DNA from: Wallemia ichthyophaga EXF-994
Lineage: Eukaryota; Fungi; Basidiomycota
Assembly (NCBI RefSeq): GCF_000400465.1
Contig: NW_008806277.1
Coordinates: forward strand, 1-32,000
Length of the DNA: 32,000 nt
Direction of reading: 5' to 3'
Shown here: positions 11,897 to 21,845 of the stretch, in pieces
Position numbering within the stretch: the first letter of the stretch is position 1
Layout: the number at the start of each line of letters is the position of its first letter
Translations under genes and position numbers: made by a program
Notes under the pieces: model-generated
Seen by the model: the letters and a program-made list of their open reading frames with translations, nothing else
What the model was told of the DNA's origin: nothing
Databases searched by the model: none

Positions 11897-13600
11897 ATGG
11901 TCGCGTTTAATCTATACAGGTCTATCAGATCACGTCCTACATCACCAGATTCTAGGTCTAAATCACAGCCACTCACTCGCGGTGGCTCTGAGCCATCAAA
12001 GAATCGATTCAAGCAATCCACTCCTTCTCCTTCTCCCTCCACTTCTTCTTTTGAACCCTCAGCTGGTTCTGGTGAATCCACTTACATCGCTATGGTCTCA
12101 TCACGCTTGCTTGATGGCGTTAACAAGGTTTTCATGTCCTCAAGCACGTCCCTCTCTGGTCCCGCTGACGGAGTTTCTTACAAAAATAGAAGATCACCAA
12201 AGAAGGCTAATGTTTATTCATTAGCCAATCAGATCGTACAGGAATTAGAAGTGGCTAAAACGGACGTATACCTCCTCAGAGCTGTTGCTAGACAGGTTCA
12301 TCGCTACCTCAGCGTTTTCTCTTCTCAGCTTGATCCTCTTCTAGCTATGGTATGCGCTGATCCCTCTTTTATTAGCGTATGTAACCCAAATCACTCTCCA
12401 ACTCAATCTCAATCTGATACTCTCAACAACCCATCCACTCGGAGAACTCCCTCACCACCCCCTCCAACTCCTCTCCCAATCCCATCTTCACAGCAGCAAA
12501 TCAACAATGCTCAGCATTTCGCTTTCGAATTAGCTCACACGGCGTGGATTATTAAGAATACCATATTGGATGCTTTTGAGGAGGGTAAAATCCCACAGCT
12601 CGCTAAGGATCTCATTAAAGATAGTTTAGAGAAGCTTGATGGGCACGTCGTTAGAGTTGTCAACCCTACAATTAAAGCTCTGCGTAGCTATCTTGGTTTG
12701 CTTGCCTCGGGATTGCGTGAGTCATACCCAGATGCAAACACCATCACTCGCAAGAATGGAAATATTGAGTTCAATCCCCTTCCATACCACCTCAAAGCTC
12801 TTTCCAAAGGAATGGATGCATCAAAGAAAATACTAGTAAAGATGACTGGTCCGTGCCAACCTGAGTCTGAGGCTTGGGTAGCGAGAATTACCGTCCACCT
12901 TATCTGGTCTGCTATGTTAGCTTTTAGCGTGAAGAAGCCAGCGACTCCACAATTGAATGGAAAACAAGTAAGGAAAGCTACAACGGCACCATCAACGGAT
13001 TCGACAGCAACAACCAAAACCAGAAACGCCTCACCCACACCTATCCACTCAGCACTAGGTAGAGTAGCTGCTGTATCAAAACCACGCACACCAAGTCCAG
13101 ATGCTGTCAGTATTGCTGAGAGTGGTGATCAGGGCAATTGCGTGATAGTAGCCGAGATGGAGGCATTCGTTAAGATGATTGATAAGTTTACAGATGGTCT
13201 GGTTCAAGTTAGCGATGTGGAGCCTGAAGATGAGCTTGAACCTGAATCAGTTGCACTGGCGAGATCTGCGTTGAAGGAGAGCATTGAAAGTCTCAAGACT
13301 ATGAAAGAATTCACAGCTACGCTGAGCACACCACCAGACAAAACGGATGTGCCTGTAGAGTTACCGAAAGTATTAGCGCTTCACTTGCTCATCGCGAGAA
13401 AGACAGGCACGCCAAACACACCAGACAAGATATGGAAGTGGAGCTGGGATGCGTATGCTGAAGGTATTGGTGGCTTCGGCGGGGCTATCAGATGGCAATC
13501 TGCAGTGTTTAAAGTGGTTGAAGCTGCACTCAAACACGAGGAGAAGAGAGAGGAAGATAAGGAATGGAATAAATTAATTTTGGACTTAATTCGTGATTGA
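11897..13600 (+). CDS. Hypothetical 567-aa protein; Ser/Pro/Thr-rich disordered segments alternate with helical blocks
   Basis: A single long ORF with ACAATG start context that fills the gap between PTC7 and CLP1. No family recognised. Confidence 0.75.
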   Translation: MVAFNLYRSIRSRPTSPDSRSKSQPLTRGGSEPSKNRFKQSTPSPSPSTSSFEPSAGSGESTYIAMVSSRLLDGVNKVFMSSSTSLSGPADGVSYKNRRSPKKANVYSLANQIVQELEVAKTDVYLLRAVARQVHRYLSVFSSQLDPLLAMVCADPSFISVCNPNHSPTQSQSDTLNNPSTRRTPSPPPPTPLPIPSSQQQINNAQHFAFELAHTAWIIKNTILDAFEEGKIPQLAKDLIKDSLEKLDGHVVRVVNPTIKALRSYLGLLASGLRESYPDANTITRKNGNIEFNPLPYHLKALSKGMDASKKILVKMTGPCQPESEAWVARITVHLIWSAMLAFSVKKPATPQLNGKQVRKATTAPSTDSTATTKTRNASPTPIHSALGRVAAVSKPRTPSPDAVSIAESGDQGNCVIVAEMEAFVKMIDKFTDGLVQVSDVEPEDELEPESVALARSALKESIESLKTMKEFTATLSTPPDKTDVPVELPKVLALHLLIARKTGTPNTPDKIWKWSWDAYAEGIGGFGGAIRWQSAVFKVVEAALKHEEKREEDKEWNKLILDLIRD

Positions 13601-13663
13601 CTATACATTGATATTAATATTATATTTGATTTATTTAGCTTCTTGATTTCATACGGCCATCTC

Positions 13664-15422
13664 ATGACGCAAAGAGTAGTGTCGATCCCGCCTCTGAATG
13701 AATTTAGACTAGAGCTAGACGTAAACGAGGAGCTGAGTATAAGACTGGTTGAGGGCAGAGCAGAGCTTAACGGCTGTGAGCTTAGTCTTGAGAAATCGTT
13801 GGCACTCAAGGACGAATTAAAGTGCTCGATCTACACGTGGACTGGCTGTAAGCTTGAAATTACCGGTCAGAGTCTCGTCGAGTACACGTCCAATGAGACT
13901 CCGCTTATCACGTACTTGAATCTACACTTGGCTTTCGAGCAGCAGCGTATTAAGGCTAGAAATACCCAAAGTGATTTCAAGCCCTCCCCAGAAAAACCCA
14001 ATGAGCGACTACCTGGATATGTAAACGCTGTAGATGCTTCCAGTTCGGGATATCGAGTTATGGTCATTGGACAGGAAGACAGTGGCAAGTCGACATTATC
14101 CAAGACGCTACTCAAGTGTGTCAGCTGTATTATTTAGTGTAATTTCTCTCACAACATACGCAGCTACGCTGCAAGAACAGGCAAAGGTTGGACACCGATC
14201 TTTGTGAATCTCGATCCATCTGATGTGAGTGGGGCGGGGTTATGAGGTTAAGTTTTCTAACACTTTAATCACTCCCAGGGTGGTCCACTTCCTCCTGGAA
14301 CTCTATCTGCCACTGCATACTCAACATCCACTCAAACAACATCACCTGTGAATGCATTTGGTTCTTGTTCCACTTCTGGTGCAGCCCTAGACAACTCTGC
14401 TGCCCTTATACCACAGGCTTTGCCATATGCACACGCATCTCCCGCCCGAAATCCAAAAGTATACAAGATTTTACTTGAGGCTCTTGCCCGGAGGCTGGAT
14501 ATGCGTTTGGAGAGAGACGCCAAAGGTGTGTTTAGGTGTTGATTTTATAAAATTTCTCACAATTGCAATTAGCTCGATCGTCTGGTGTTTTTATCGACAC
14601 TCCAGCTGCTTTCACCTCTGCGAATATCGGCTCAGACGATAAAAACAGCAAGTACGACTTGATCAAGCATGCTCTACATGCTTTCAGAGGTGCGTTTGAG
14701 CTATTTTAATTGCTCCATTCTAACAAGAGATTCAAGTGGATGTTTTACTTGTTATTGGTCATGAAAAACTTTATATTGAGATGCAAAGACTGTTAAAGTC
14801 GCTGGATGCGAACATTGCACAGAATATCAAGATACTTAAAGTACCAAAATCTGGTGGCGTGAGTAGAAGTATTTACGCGAGTCTGAATAACTAAAGTAAA
14901 CTAAACAAACAACTTAAGGCTGTCGAAACAGACGACGCGTACAGGTCGCGCATACAAGCAGCTCAAATCAAGTCATTCTTCTACGGGAACATGTCAAATA
15001 TTTCAGATGAGCAATTGTCACCTCAATCAATGACAATAAAGATAGATAATCTTAAAGTATTCAAAATCACAGAGGATAAAGTTGCACCTTCTTCTGCTCT
15101 ACCGATTGGTGCAAGTAGAGTTTTGGAGAATACGCAACTTGAGAGGGTAAACTTTGAAAGTTCTTCGCAGTTGCTTACGCTTGTTCATTCACTACTCTAT
15201 CTCGTAAAATGGCCAGATAGTAATAATGTATTGAATAAGCATGCCAAGGAATTTGAAGGTGATATTGATAGTAAGGACCTCATACGTGCAGACTTGGTTG
15301 GATTTTTAATTGTCACTGCTATCGATAGCGCAAAGCGTACGATCACGGTACTTGCACCATCTCCTGGAAGATTGCCCTCACTAAATGCAGTTTTTGGTTC
15401 ATTCGAATGGCAAGACACTTAA
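13664..15422 (+). CDS. CLP1: mRNA cleavage/polyadenylation factor CLP1. Introns at about 14116-14163, 14225-14278, 14526-14572, 14690-14736, 14859-14918
   Basis: N-terminal EFRLE..EGRAE..GCEL..IYTWTGCKLE, P-loop GQEDSGKSTL, NLDPS, SGVFIDTP, VIGHEKLY, KSGG, and C-terminal GFLIVTAID..KRTITVLAPSPGRLP. Confidence 0.93.
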
Positions 15423-15462
15423 TTTGATTTGATATGATAATTTATTCCTGGTATAATATAAA

Positions 15463-16946
15463 CTAAAATCTAACTTGATATGATCCTTGTGATTTTGTGA
15501 GGTAGCGCACCCATTTTACGGACTGGATTGTATGTTAAAATGGGTTAAGAGATGAAATGCCCACCTCACCTGATAGTTTGATTTCTCAAATACTTTCAAA
15601 AACCTGACGAGCAAACCTGAAGATGTGAACATTAAAACTTGGAAATCAACGTTGATGGGGGAGCGAGACCAGGTTTGTCTTGTTGTTGTAGAAGTGAGAT
15701 CAGCATCAGCAGTTAGCGTAGCCTCCGATTGACCCTGCATGCGAGGGATTTTCCAAACAATGTGATTCTCATCAGGTACATACTTAGCCTTACCCATTGG
15801 GGCATTGCATTTTACTTGAGTGGTGTTAAGTGGAGTTGGTATACGAAGATTGACAGTATTTGCACTCAGTTTGGAGTCAAAATTTGCTTTTATGCGGATA
15901 GTGTATTCAACTGTAGATCTACCAATTTCGTTTACGATGGGAGTAATTTTGAAAGGAAGATTGACGTTTTTAGTTGAACGATACCTCATCAGTTCGAATT
16001 CACCGTCTGGCGGGATGAACGAGATGATTCTGTCTTGTTCAAACCTCGATAACCTAACGCACTGATGAAATTGACAATCATCTAATTCAACAGCACCACC
16101 GAGAGCGCTATCGTCGACTATACGCGTCTTGTCACTTCTTTCTAAGACCAGTTTATCATTGAGACCAAATTTGCATTCAGGCATGCCAGATAGGTAAGCC
16201 CTCATGAGAATTTGGCCATCAACGTCAGCTCTCAGTTGAGTACCTTGAGCGCTCATCAAGTAATTAACGTTCTCGATAACGTCAACAAAAGCCTCATTCT
16301 TTCTATATCTAACGTCAGATCTACGCCATGAAGTAGCACCTGTTGCTTGTGAGGTAATCTTTGAGGAGTCTTGAGTAATAGCATGATCAGATTTAACGCC
16401 TTGGGTGGTGATGTACATTTTTAGAGCGTCAATTTCGGAGTTTTGCGGGTAGCCGAAATCAACAATTTCATCAAGTAACTCGTAAATCAAGACAAAGTTG
16501 TTCTTTACCGAGTCTTCAGTGAGTTGACCTAGGTAGCTTGTACAAACTTTGATAAACTTGAAAATGAATTCGAAAACGAGTGCAGCTAGGGCGTTACATC
16601 TGGGGGTGATGTGAGATAGGTGAAAGGAAACTGACGAAAAGAATTCACTTTGTAACAGCCATTACGTATAAGTTGTTATGTCTAACGTGGAAGAATGAAG
16701 TAGAACCGAGTGTGATTATAGGGGAGCGTACATCTGGGTTACTAACGACTTGAACTCTAAATATATCGCTAATAGAACGTCTTTTGAAGGGTTGGCTATT
16801 AAATCGCATGAAGTTTCTATCAACTCACTTTATATCAGATCTGAACAGCCTTGAAGATAGAACTTCACCCTTGGAATTCATAATATAGACACCCTTGAAG
16901 TTTATAAGCCTTTTTAAAATTAATGGTAAATACACACAGAGATCAT
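15463..16946 (-). CDS. APM4: AP-2 adaptor complex medium (mu) subunit; 9-nt first coding exon ATGATCTCT (16946-16938)
   Basis: Spliced N-terminus MISGVYIMNSKGEVLSSRLFRSDIK; YELLDEIVDFGYPQNSE; WRRSDVRYRKNEAFVDVIE; FHQCVRL; DGEFELMRY; AP-2-type C-terminus SVKWVRYLTKSQGSYQVRF* after a final intron. Confidence 0.95.
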
Positions 16947-16973
16947 GATTGGTTGGTTTGAACAAGTACAACG

Positions 16974-18122
16974 ATGAATGAGTTCAAAGAGGTTAACGAG
17001 GTCAAAGAAGTTAACGACTTCAATGAGTTTAACTCGGGTGATTTACAACATTCAGATGAAGATTTCGATAATGAATTCGATAATGATACACTGCCCAGTA
17101 TACCTGGAAAGAAAGGCAGAAAGCTAGGTGCAAAATACTCATTAATCCCACAAGGATCACAGAATATAGATATAAATATGAATAAACGTAAAAGACAAGC
17201 ACCTTTACCTTTTAATAGCTCAGTTAATAACGCTATTGCTTCTTCTTCAAAAGTTACTTCACGTACACGTCCACCTAAAGCTGATCCATATCGTCCACAG
17301 ATCCCTGCACCTGATTTTGCTAAACCTGATTATAGCCACGTTGAGGAGTTATTTGAACCTTTTATAAAGAAACAACTTGAACTCCAAGATCAAGGTCAGA
17401 CACCTCCACCAGTTAAATTCCCCGTTAATCAACGCCCTGATTACGTTGTTTCTTCTGCACCGCGTATACCACAGAATTACATAGTACCAGTTCCATTAGA
17501 CACTCACTCAAAATCAAATTACAAAACACGCAGGTGGTCGGAACATACGAAGCATATTAGAAGTTTGAGTGGTAGTACACTCCGTTTGAAATCTTGGCTG
17601 GGCTCGCAGCACAGTGAATACAGCAATAGACCTCCGCCACTTATCCCTACAACTACAACCAACAGCAATCAGGGGTTCGAAGAATCTATCAATCCAGCAA
17701 ATATCATTACTCCTTCAGGCGTCCCTCTTAATAAGCTCGATAAGCGTACGAGAGAGTATAAAATGATTATGGCTCAACATAAATCTCAATTGGAGCAAAA
17801 GAGAATGGATCAACAGCGCCAGAAGATTGATGATAACCATCAAAGTGGTGTTGGTGGTCTTGCTAACAGCGGCGGTGTTGACAGTGGTGCCAATAGCGTT
17901 GATAATACTGTTGATAACATCGTTGATAGCGTTATTGAAAAAAAGGAAGACGATGATACTGTGGATATCGCAGATAATTCAGAAACCGTCGATAATGCAG
18001 ACAACCTGGAGACTGCCAATAACGTATATAACCCAGAGAAAACTGAAATATCAGGTAATCCAAGCAACCCAGACAACACAGAGAACGCATCAAGAATGTC
18101 TATAAACAACATTTTAATGTAA
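16974..18122 (+). CDS. Largely disordered nuclear protein, possibly INO80 subunit Ies4-like
   Basis: 382-aa ORF. The block PLDTHSKSNYKTRRWSEHTKHIRSLSGSTLRLKSWLG resembles the Ies4-type LD...RRW...I.S..G...SW.G motif (from recall). N-terminal NE(F/V)KE repeats and C-terminal VDN/ADN repeats. Confidence 0.6.
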   Translation: MNEFKEVNEVKEVNDFNEFNSGDLQHSDEDFDNEFDNDTLPSIPGKKGRKLGAKYSLIPQGSQNIDINMNKRKRQAPLPFNSSVNNAIASSSKVTSRTRPPKADPYRPQIPAPDFAKPDYSHVEELFEPFIKKQLELQDQGQTPPPVKFPVNQRPDYVVSSAPRIPQNYIVPVPLDTHSKSNYKTRRWSEHTKHIRSLSGSTLRLKSWLGSQHSEYSNRPPPLIPTTTTNSNQGFEESINPANIITPSGVPLNKLDKRTREYKMIMAQHKSQLEQKRMDQQRQKIDDNHQSGVGGLANSGGVDSGANSVDNTVDNIVDSVIEKKEDDDTVDIADNSETVDNADNLETANNVYNPEKTEISGNPSNPDNTENASRMSINNILM

Positions 18123-18184
18123 AGCCGTATTAATTAATTTCATATGTTTATCTTCTTCCTTCTTTCCACACTCTCATTCTCATC

Positions 18185-20984
18185 ATGAGTCCGTATTCTC
18201 CATGACACCATCCACCACTCTCACTCCCACTCCTCTCAGTTTTCTATCTCGATGATCTTCCCGTTTGTTTCCCGTACGATCGTATATATCCAGGTCAGGC
18301 TGTAAACGCCTACTCGACACCCAATACTCACAACAACCACAGAGCAGTACAGCTACATGCGCGATCTCAAAAAGACACTCGACGCTGGTGGCCACTGCGT
18401 ACTAGAAATGCCTTCTGGGACCGGAAAGACTGTGTCGCTGCTATCACTTATCGTCGCCTATCAGCAGCATTACGACGCAGACAGAAAGCTGGTATACTGC
18501 TCGCGCACAGTACCAGAAATTGAAAAAGCTCTTGCAGAATTGAAGAGATTGATGGCTTACAGAGCTGATCAAGGTTACGCCGCTAAAGATAGTGGCTATA
18601 CCGGCTTAGGACTTAGTTCACGTAAAAATCTCTGCCTTCATCCTTCAATTAGCCAGGAGAGACGCGGTAAAGCTGTTGATGCTAGGTGCAGAGATCTCAC
18701 TTCTGCTCATGCTGTACAGAGAGGCAGAGACGATCCATCGAGTCACGAGCTCTGTAGCTATCATGAGAACTTGTCAGAGCTAGCACCAGGTGAGATCATC
18801 CCTCCTGGAATCTGGACAATTGAGGATGTTCGCAAGTTTGGTCAACAGAAAGGTCTTTGTCCATATTTCAGCGTTAGACGAATGGTTAGTGGTTTAAACT
18901 CCTCTTTAACCTCTCTTGATCCTCATTATCTCTTAAAAGGTCCAATTTTGCAACACTATAATCTACTCTTTCCACTATCTCCTAGATCCTAAAGTTGCCG
19001 AGATGGTATCTAGAGAAATGTCGAAGGACGCTATCGTCGTGTTTGACGAAGCACACAACATAGGTGAGTGAAACATAGCCTTACAAAAACACTAATTAAA
19101 TACACCAGATAACGTCTGCATTGAGTCACTCAGTATAGATCTAACCCGTCCAATGCTCGAAAGTGCTTCGAGGAGTGTCGATAGACTATCAGATAAAATC
19201 TCAGAAGCTAAACAGAACGACGCTCAGAGGCTACAAGATGAATATGCCAAATTGGTTGAAGGGATGCAAGATTCCGACGCACCTCCACCAAATGATGAAA
19301 TGGCCATGATAAGGCGGCAGGAAGAGGATGTATTAAGTAATCCAGGTGTGTAAAACAAGCACTCTAGTACCATCTAACATTTCACACAGTACTACCCGAC
19401 GACCTTCTCAAAGAGGCTATACCTGGAAATATTCGCAAGGCAGAGCATTTCATTGCCTTCTTGAAAAGATTTGTCGAATATTTAAAGACTCGCATGCGTG
19501 TTCTGCACGTCGTCGCAGAGACCCCACTGTCCTTCTTACAGCACCTTCGGGATATCACCTTTATCGAGAGGAAGCCATTGAGGTGGGTTATAGCAAAAAA
19601 CACTGCTCAAACAGTCTTAGCTAACACGCTAATTCCAGGTTTTGCTCAGACAGACTCTCAAACCTTATTAAAACTTTAGAGCTCGAGAGGCTGGACGAGT
19701 ATTCGTCTTTGCAGTCTGTTGCTGCATTTGCAACACTTGTTTCAACATATGAAAAGGGTTTGTCTGCGCCAGGTGAAAAAGCAGTCTAACAAATTCAAAG
19801 GCTTCCTGCTCATACTTGAGCCATTTGAAACAGAAACTGCAACAATACCAAATCCAATATTTCACCTCACTTGTCAAGACGCTAGTATAGCAATAGCCCC
19901 AGTCTTTGACAGGTTCTCATCAGTAATCATCACATCTGGTACCATATCACCATTAGATATGTATCCAAAGATGCTCAATTTCAACGCGATAGTGCAAGAA
20001 TCGTATCCAATGACACTATCTAGGAACTGTTTCATTCCAATGGTTATAACAAGAGGCAGTGACCAAGTAGCAGTCAGTTCACGATTTGAGGTAAGGAACG
20101 ACCCAGCCGTCGTCCGCAATTATGGACAGATGTTGATAGAATACTCGAAAGTTATTCCTGACGGTATAGTAGCCTTCTTTCCTAGTTATTTGTACATGGA
20201 GAGTATAGTAAGTGCGTGGAATGAGATGCAAATACTCGATGAAGTGTGGAAGCACAAGCTTATTTTCGTTGAAACACCCGACGCACCCGAGACAAGCATA
20301 GCATTAGAGAACTTCCGTAAAGCTTGCGATAATGGACGTGGAGCAGTTATGTTATCGGTGGCACGAGGGAAAGTGAGTGAAGGAATAGATTTTGATCATC
20401 ATTTTGGTCGGGCTGTTATAATGTTTGGAGTTCCATACCAATACACAGAATCTCGTATACTCAAAGCTCGTTTAGAATACCTACGTGATAATCACAGAAT
20501 ACGTGAATCAGATTTCTTAACTTTCGACGCAATGAGACACGCTGCGCAGTGTGTAGGTAGAGTTTTGAGAGGTAAATCTGATTACGGTTTGATGATCTTT
20601 GCCGATAAGCGATTCGCGAGATCAGATAAAAGAGCAAAGTTACCACGTTGGATTAATCAATACATCGCTGAAACATCATCGAATCTTTCAACCGATATGG
20701 CTATATCTCTCGCAAAGAGGTTTGTCAGGACTATGGCTCAACCATTTGATCATTCTCAAACTGGGGTCAGTTTGTGGACAATGGATCATGTTTTAGAGAG
20801 ACAGAGGTTGGATAAGGAGAGTGATCTCGCAGCTGTAGCACTCACTGATAAAGATCATATGAACGTCGATGGAGTTGTTGACGGAGTTGCAGATGGAGTT
20901 GGCGATTCTAGCGGTGATAGTGATATCGATGATACTGGTGGGATTGATGATAACGCATTGATAGATATCCCTATGACGCAGTAA
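18185..20984 (+). CDS. RAD3: TFIIH DNA helicase XPD/Rad3 (Fe-S helicase), multi-exon; first exon is the 4 nt ATGA (18185-18188)
   Basis: Spliced start [30 protein letters not shown], Walker [10 protein letters not shown], Fe-S region RKNLCLHP...CRDLT...CSY...[34 protein letters not shown] and [14 protein letters not shown]. Confidence 0.97.
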
Positions 20985-21039
20985 TTTAACTTATTAACAT
21001 ATATATACATTAGATACATTGTTTAAAGCAGACAATCCG

Positions 21040-21300
21040 TCAAAGTTCATCCCTTTTGACTCTCCTAGAATGAGGGAATTGTAATTCGACGGACTTGACG
21101 TGATTGTGAGACTCCAGTGCTGATCTGACGGATTCCAATACTTGCGTGCCTAGAGACTTGTCCACTCTGTACAATTGAGTATTTGGCAACTCGCCTACTT
21201 GACCAACTGGAACGGCGTTTGAGGGTGTCGGGGGAAGCGTAGAGCCCAATTGAACGATAATGGAAAGGTAGTTGTAATTGTTGTGATCAATTTCAGTCAT
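21040..21300 (-). CDS. 86-aa protein resembling an isolated kexin/subtilisin propeptide (S8 pro-domain), ending R-R-V-K-R-D-E-L; alternative in-frame ATG at 21339
   Basis: Sequence MTEIDHNNYNYLSIIVQLG...VGQVGELPNTQLYRVDK...V..ALE...VKSVELQFPHSRRVKRDEL*. It matches my recall of Kex2 propeptide motifs (Y.Y; G..GEL; RxKR). It occupies the otherwise empty gap between RAD3 and TRM112. Confidence 0.65.
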   Translation of the reverse strand: MTEIDHNNYNYLSIIVQLGSTLPPTPSNAVPVGQVGELPNTQLYRVDKSLGTQVLESVRSALESHNHVKSVELQFPHSRRVKRDEL

Positions 21301-21337
21301 CCTGTCTTTGACTTGTTCAACACCCTCATCCAACACC

Positions 21338-21768
21338 ATGGTCAGATTAATTACGCATAATATTTTGACATGTGCAGTGAAGGGTTGCGTCGATAGTGGG
21401 AAGAACTATCCACTAACATTTAAAAATGTCCAAGGAATTGAAATCAGAGAGCAGGAATTCAACGCTGACTTCATCAGAGCTTTCTTCCCTAAACTTGATT
21501 ATGGTGTATTGAAATCGACGTTGGAATCTGTAAGTAGATATTTAGTCCATTTTGATAATCTCACACAACCAAGCTCGGTGACGATTCACTCAAACTTGAT
21601 AGCGTGGAGGATATTGACGGACAACCAGAAGATTTCTTGAGACTGCTGCATAAGGTTCTTCTGGAGATGGATGTTACCCAGGGAGAGATGACGTGCGGTA
21701 ACTGCCAGCATAAATACCAAATCAATGAAGGTATTCCAAATATGCTACTTGGAGCAGATGAGATATAG
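21338..21768 (+). CDS. TRM112: Multifunctional methyltransferase activator Trm112. Exons 21338-21529 and 21574-21768
   Basis: MVRLITHNILTCAVKGC..NYPL, EFNADFI, a 44-nt intron (GTAAGT..AAG), then LHKVLLE..V..GEMTCGNCQHKYQINEGIPNMLL. Confidence 0.95.
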
Positions 21769-21845
21769 TGGATTATAACATAGAACATGTATGAATATTT
21801 ATTTAAAACAGGCAACATATAATAACTAAACACAAAAAATAAATC

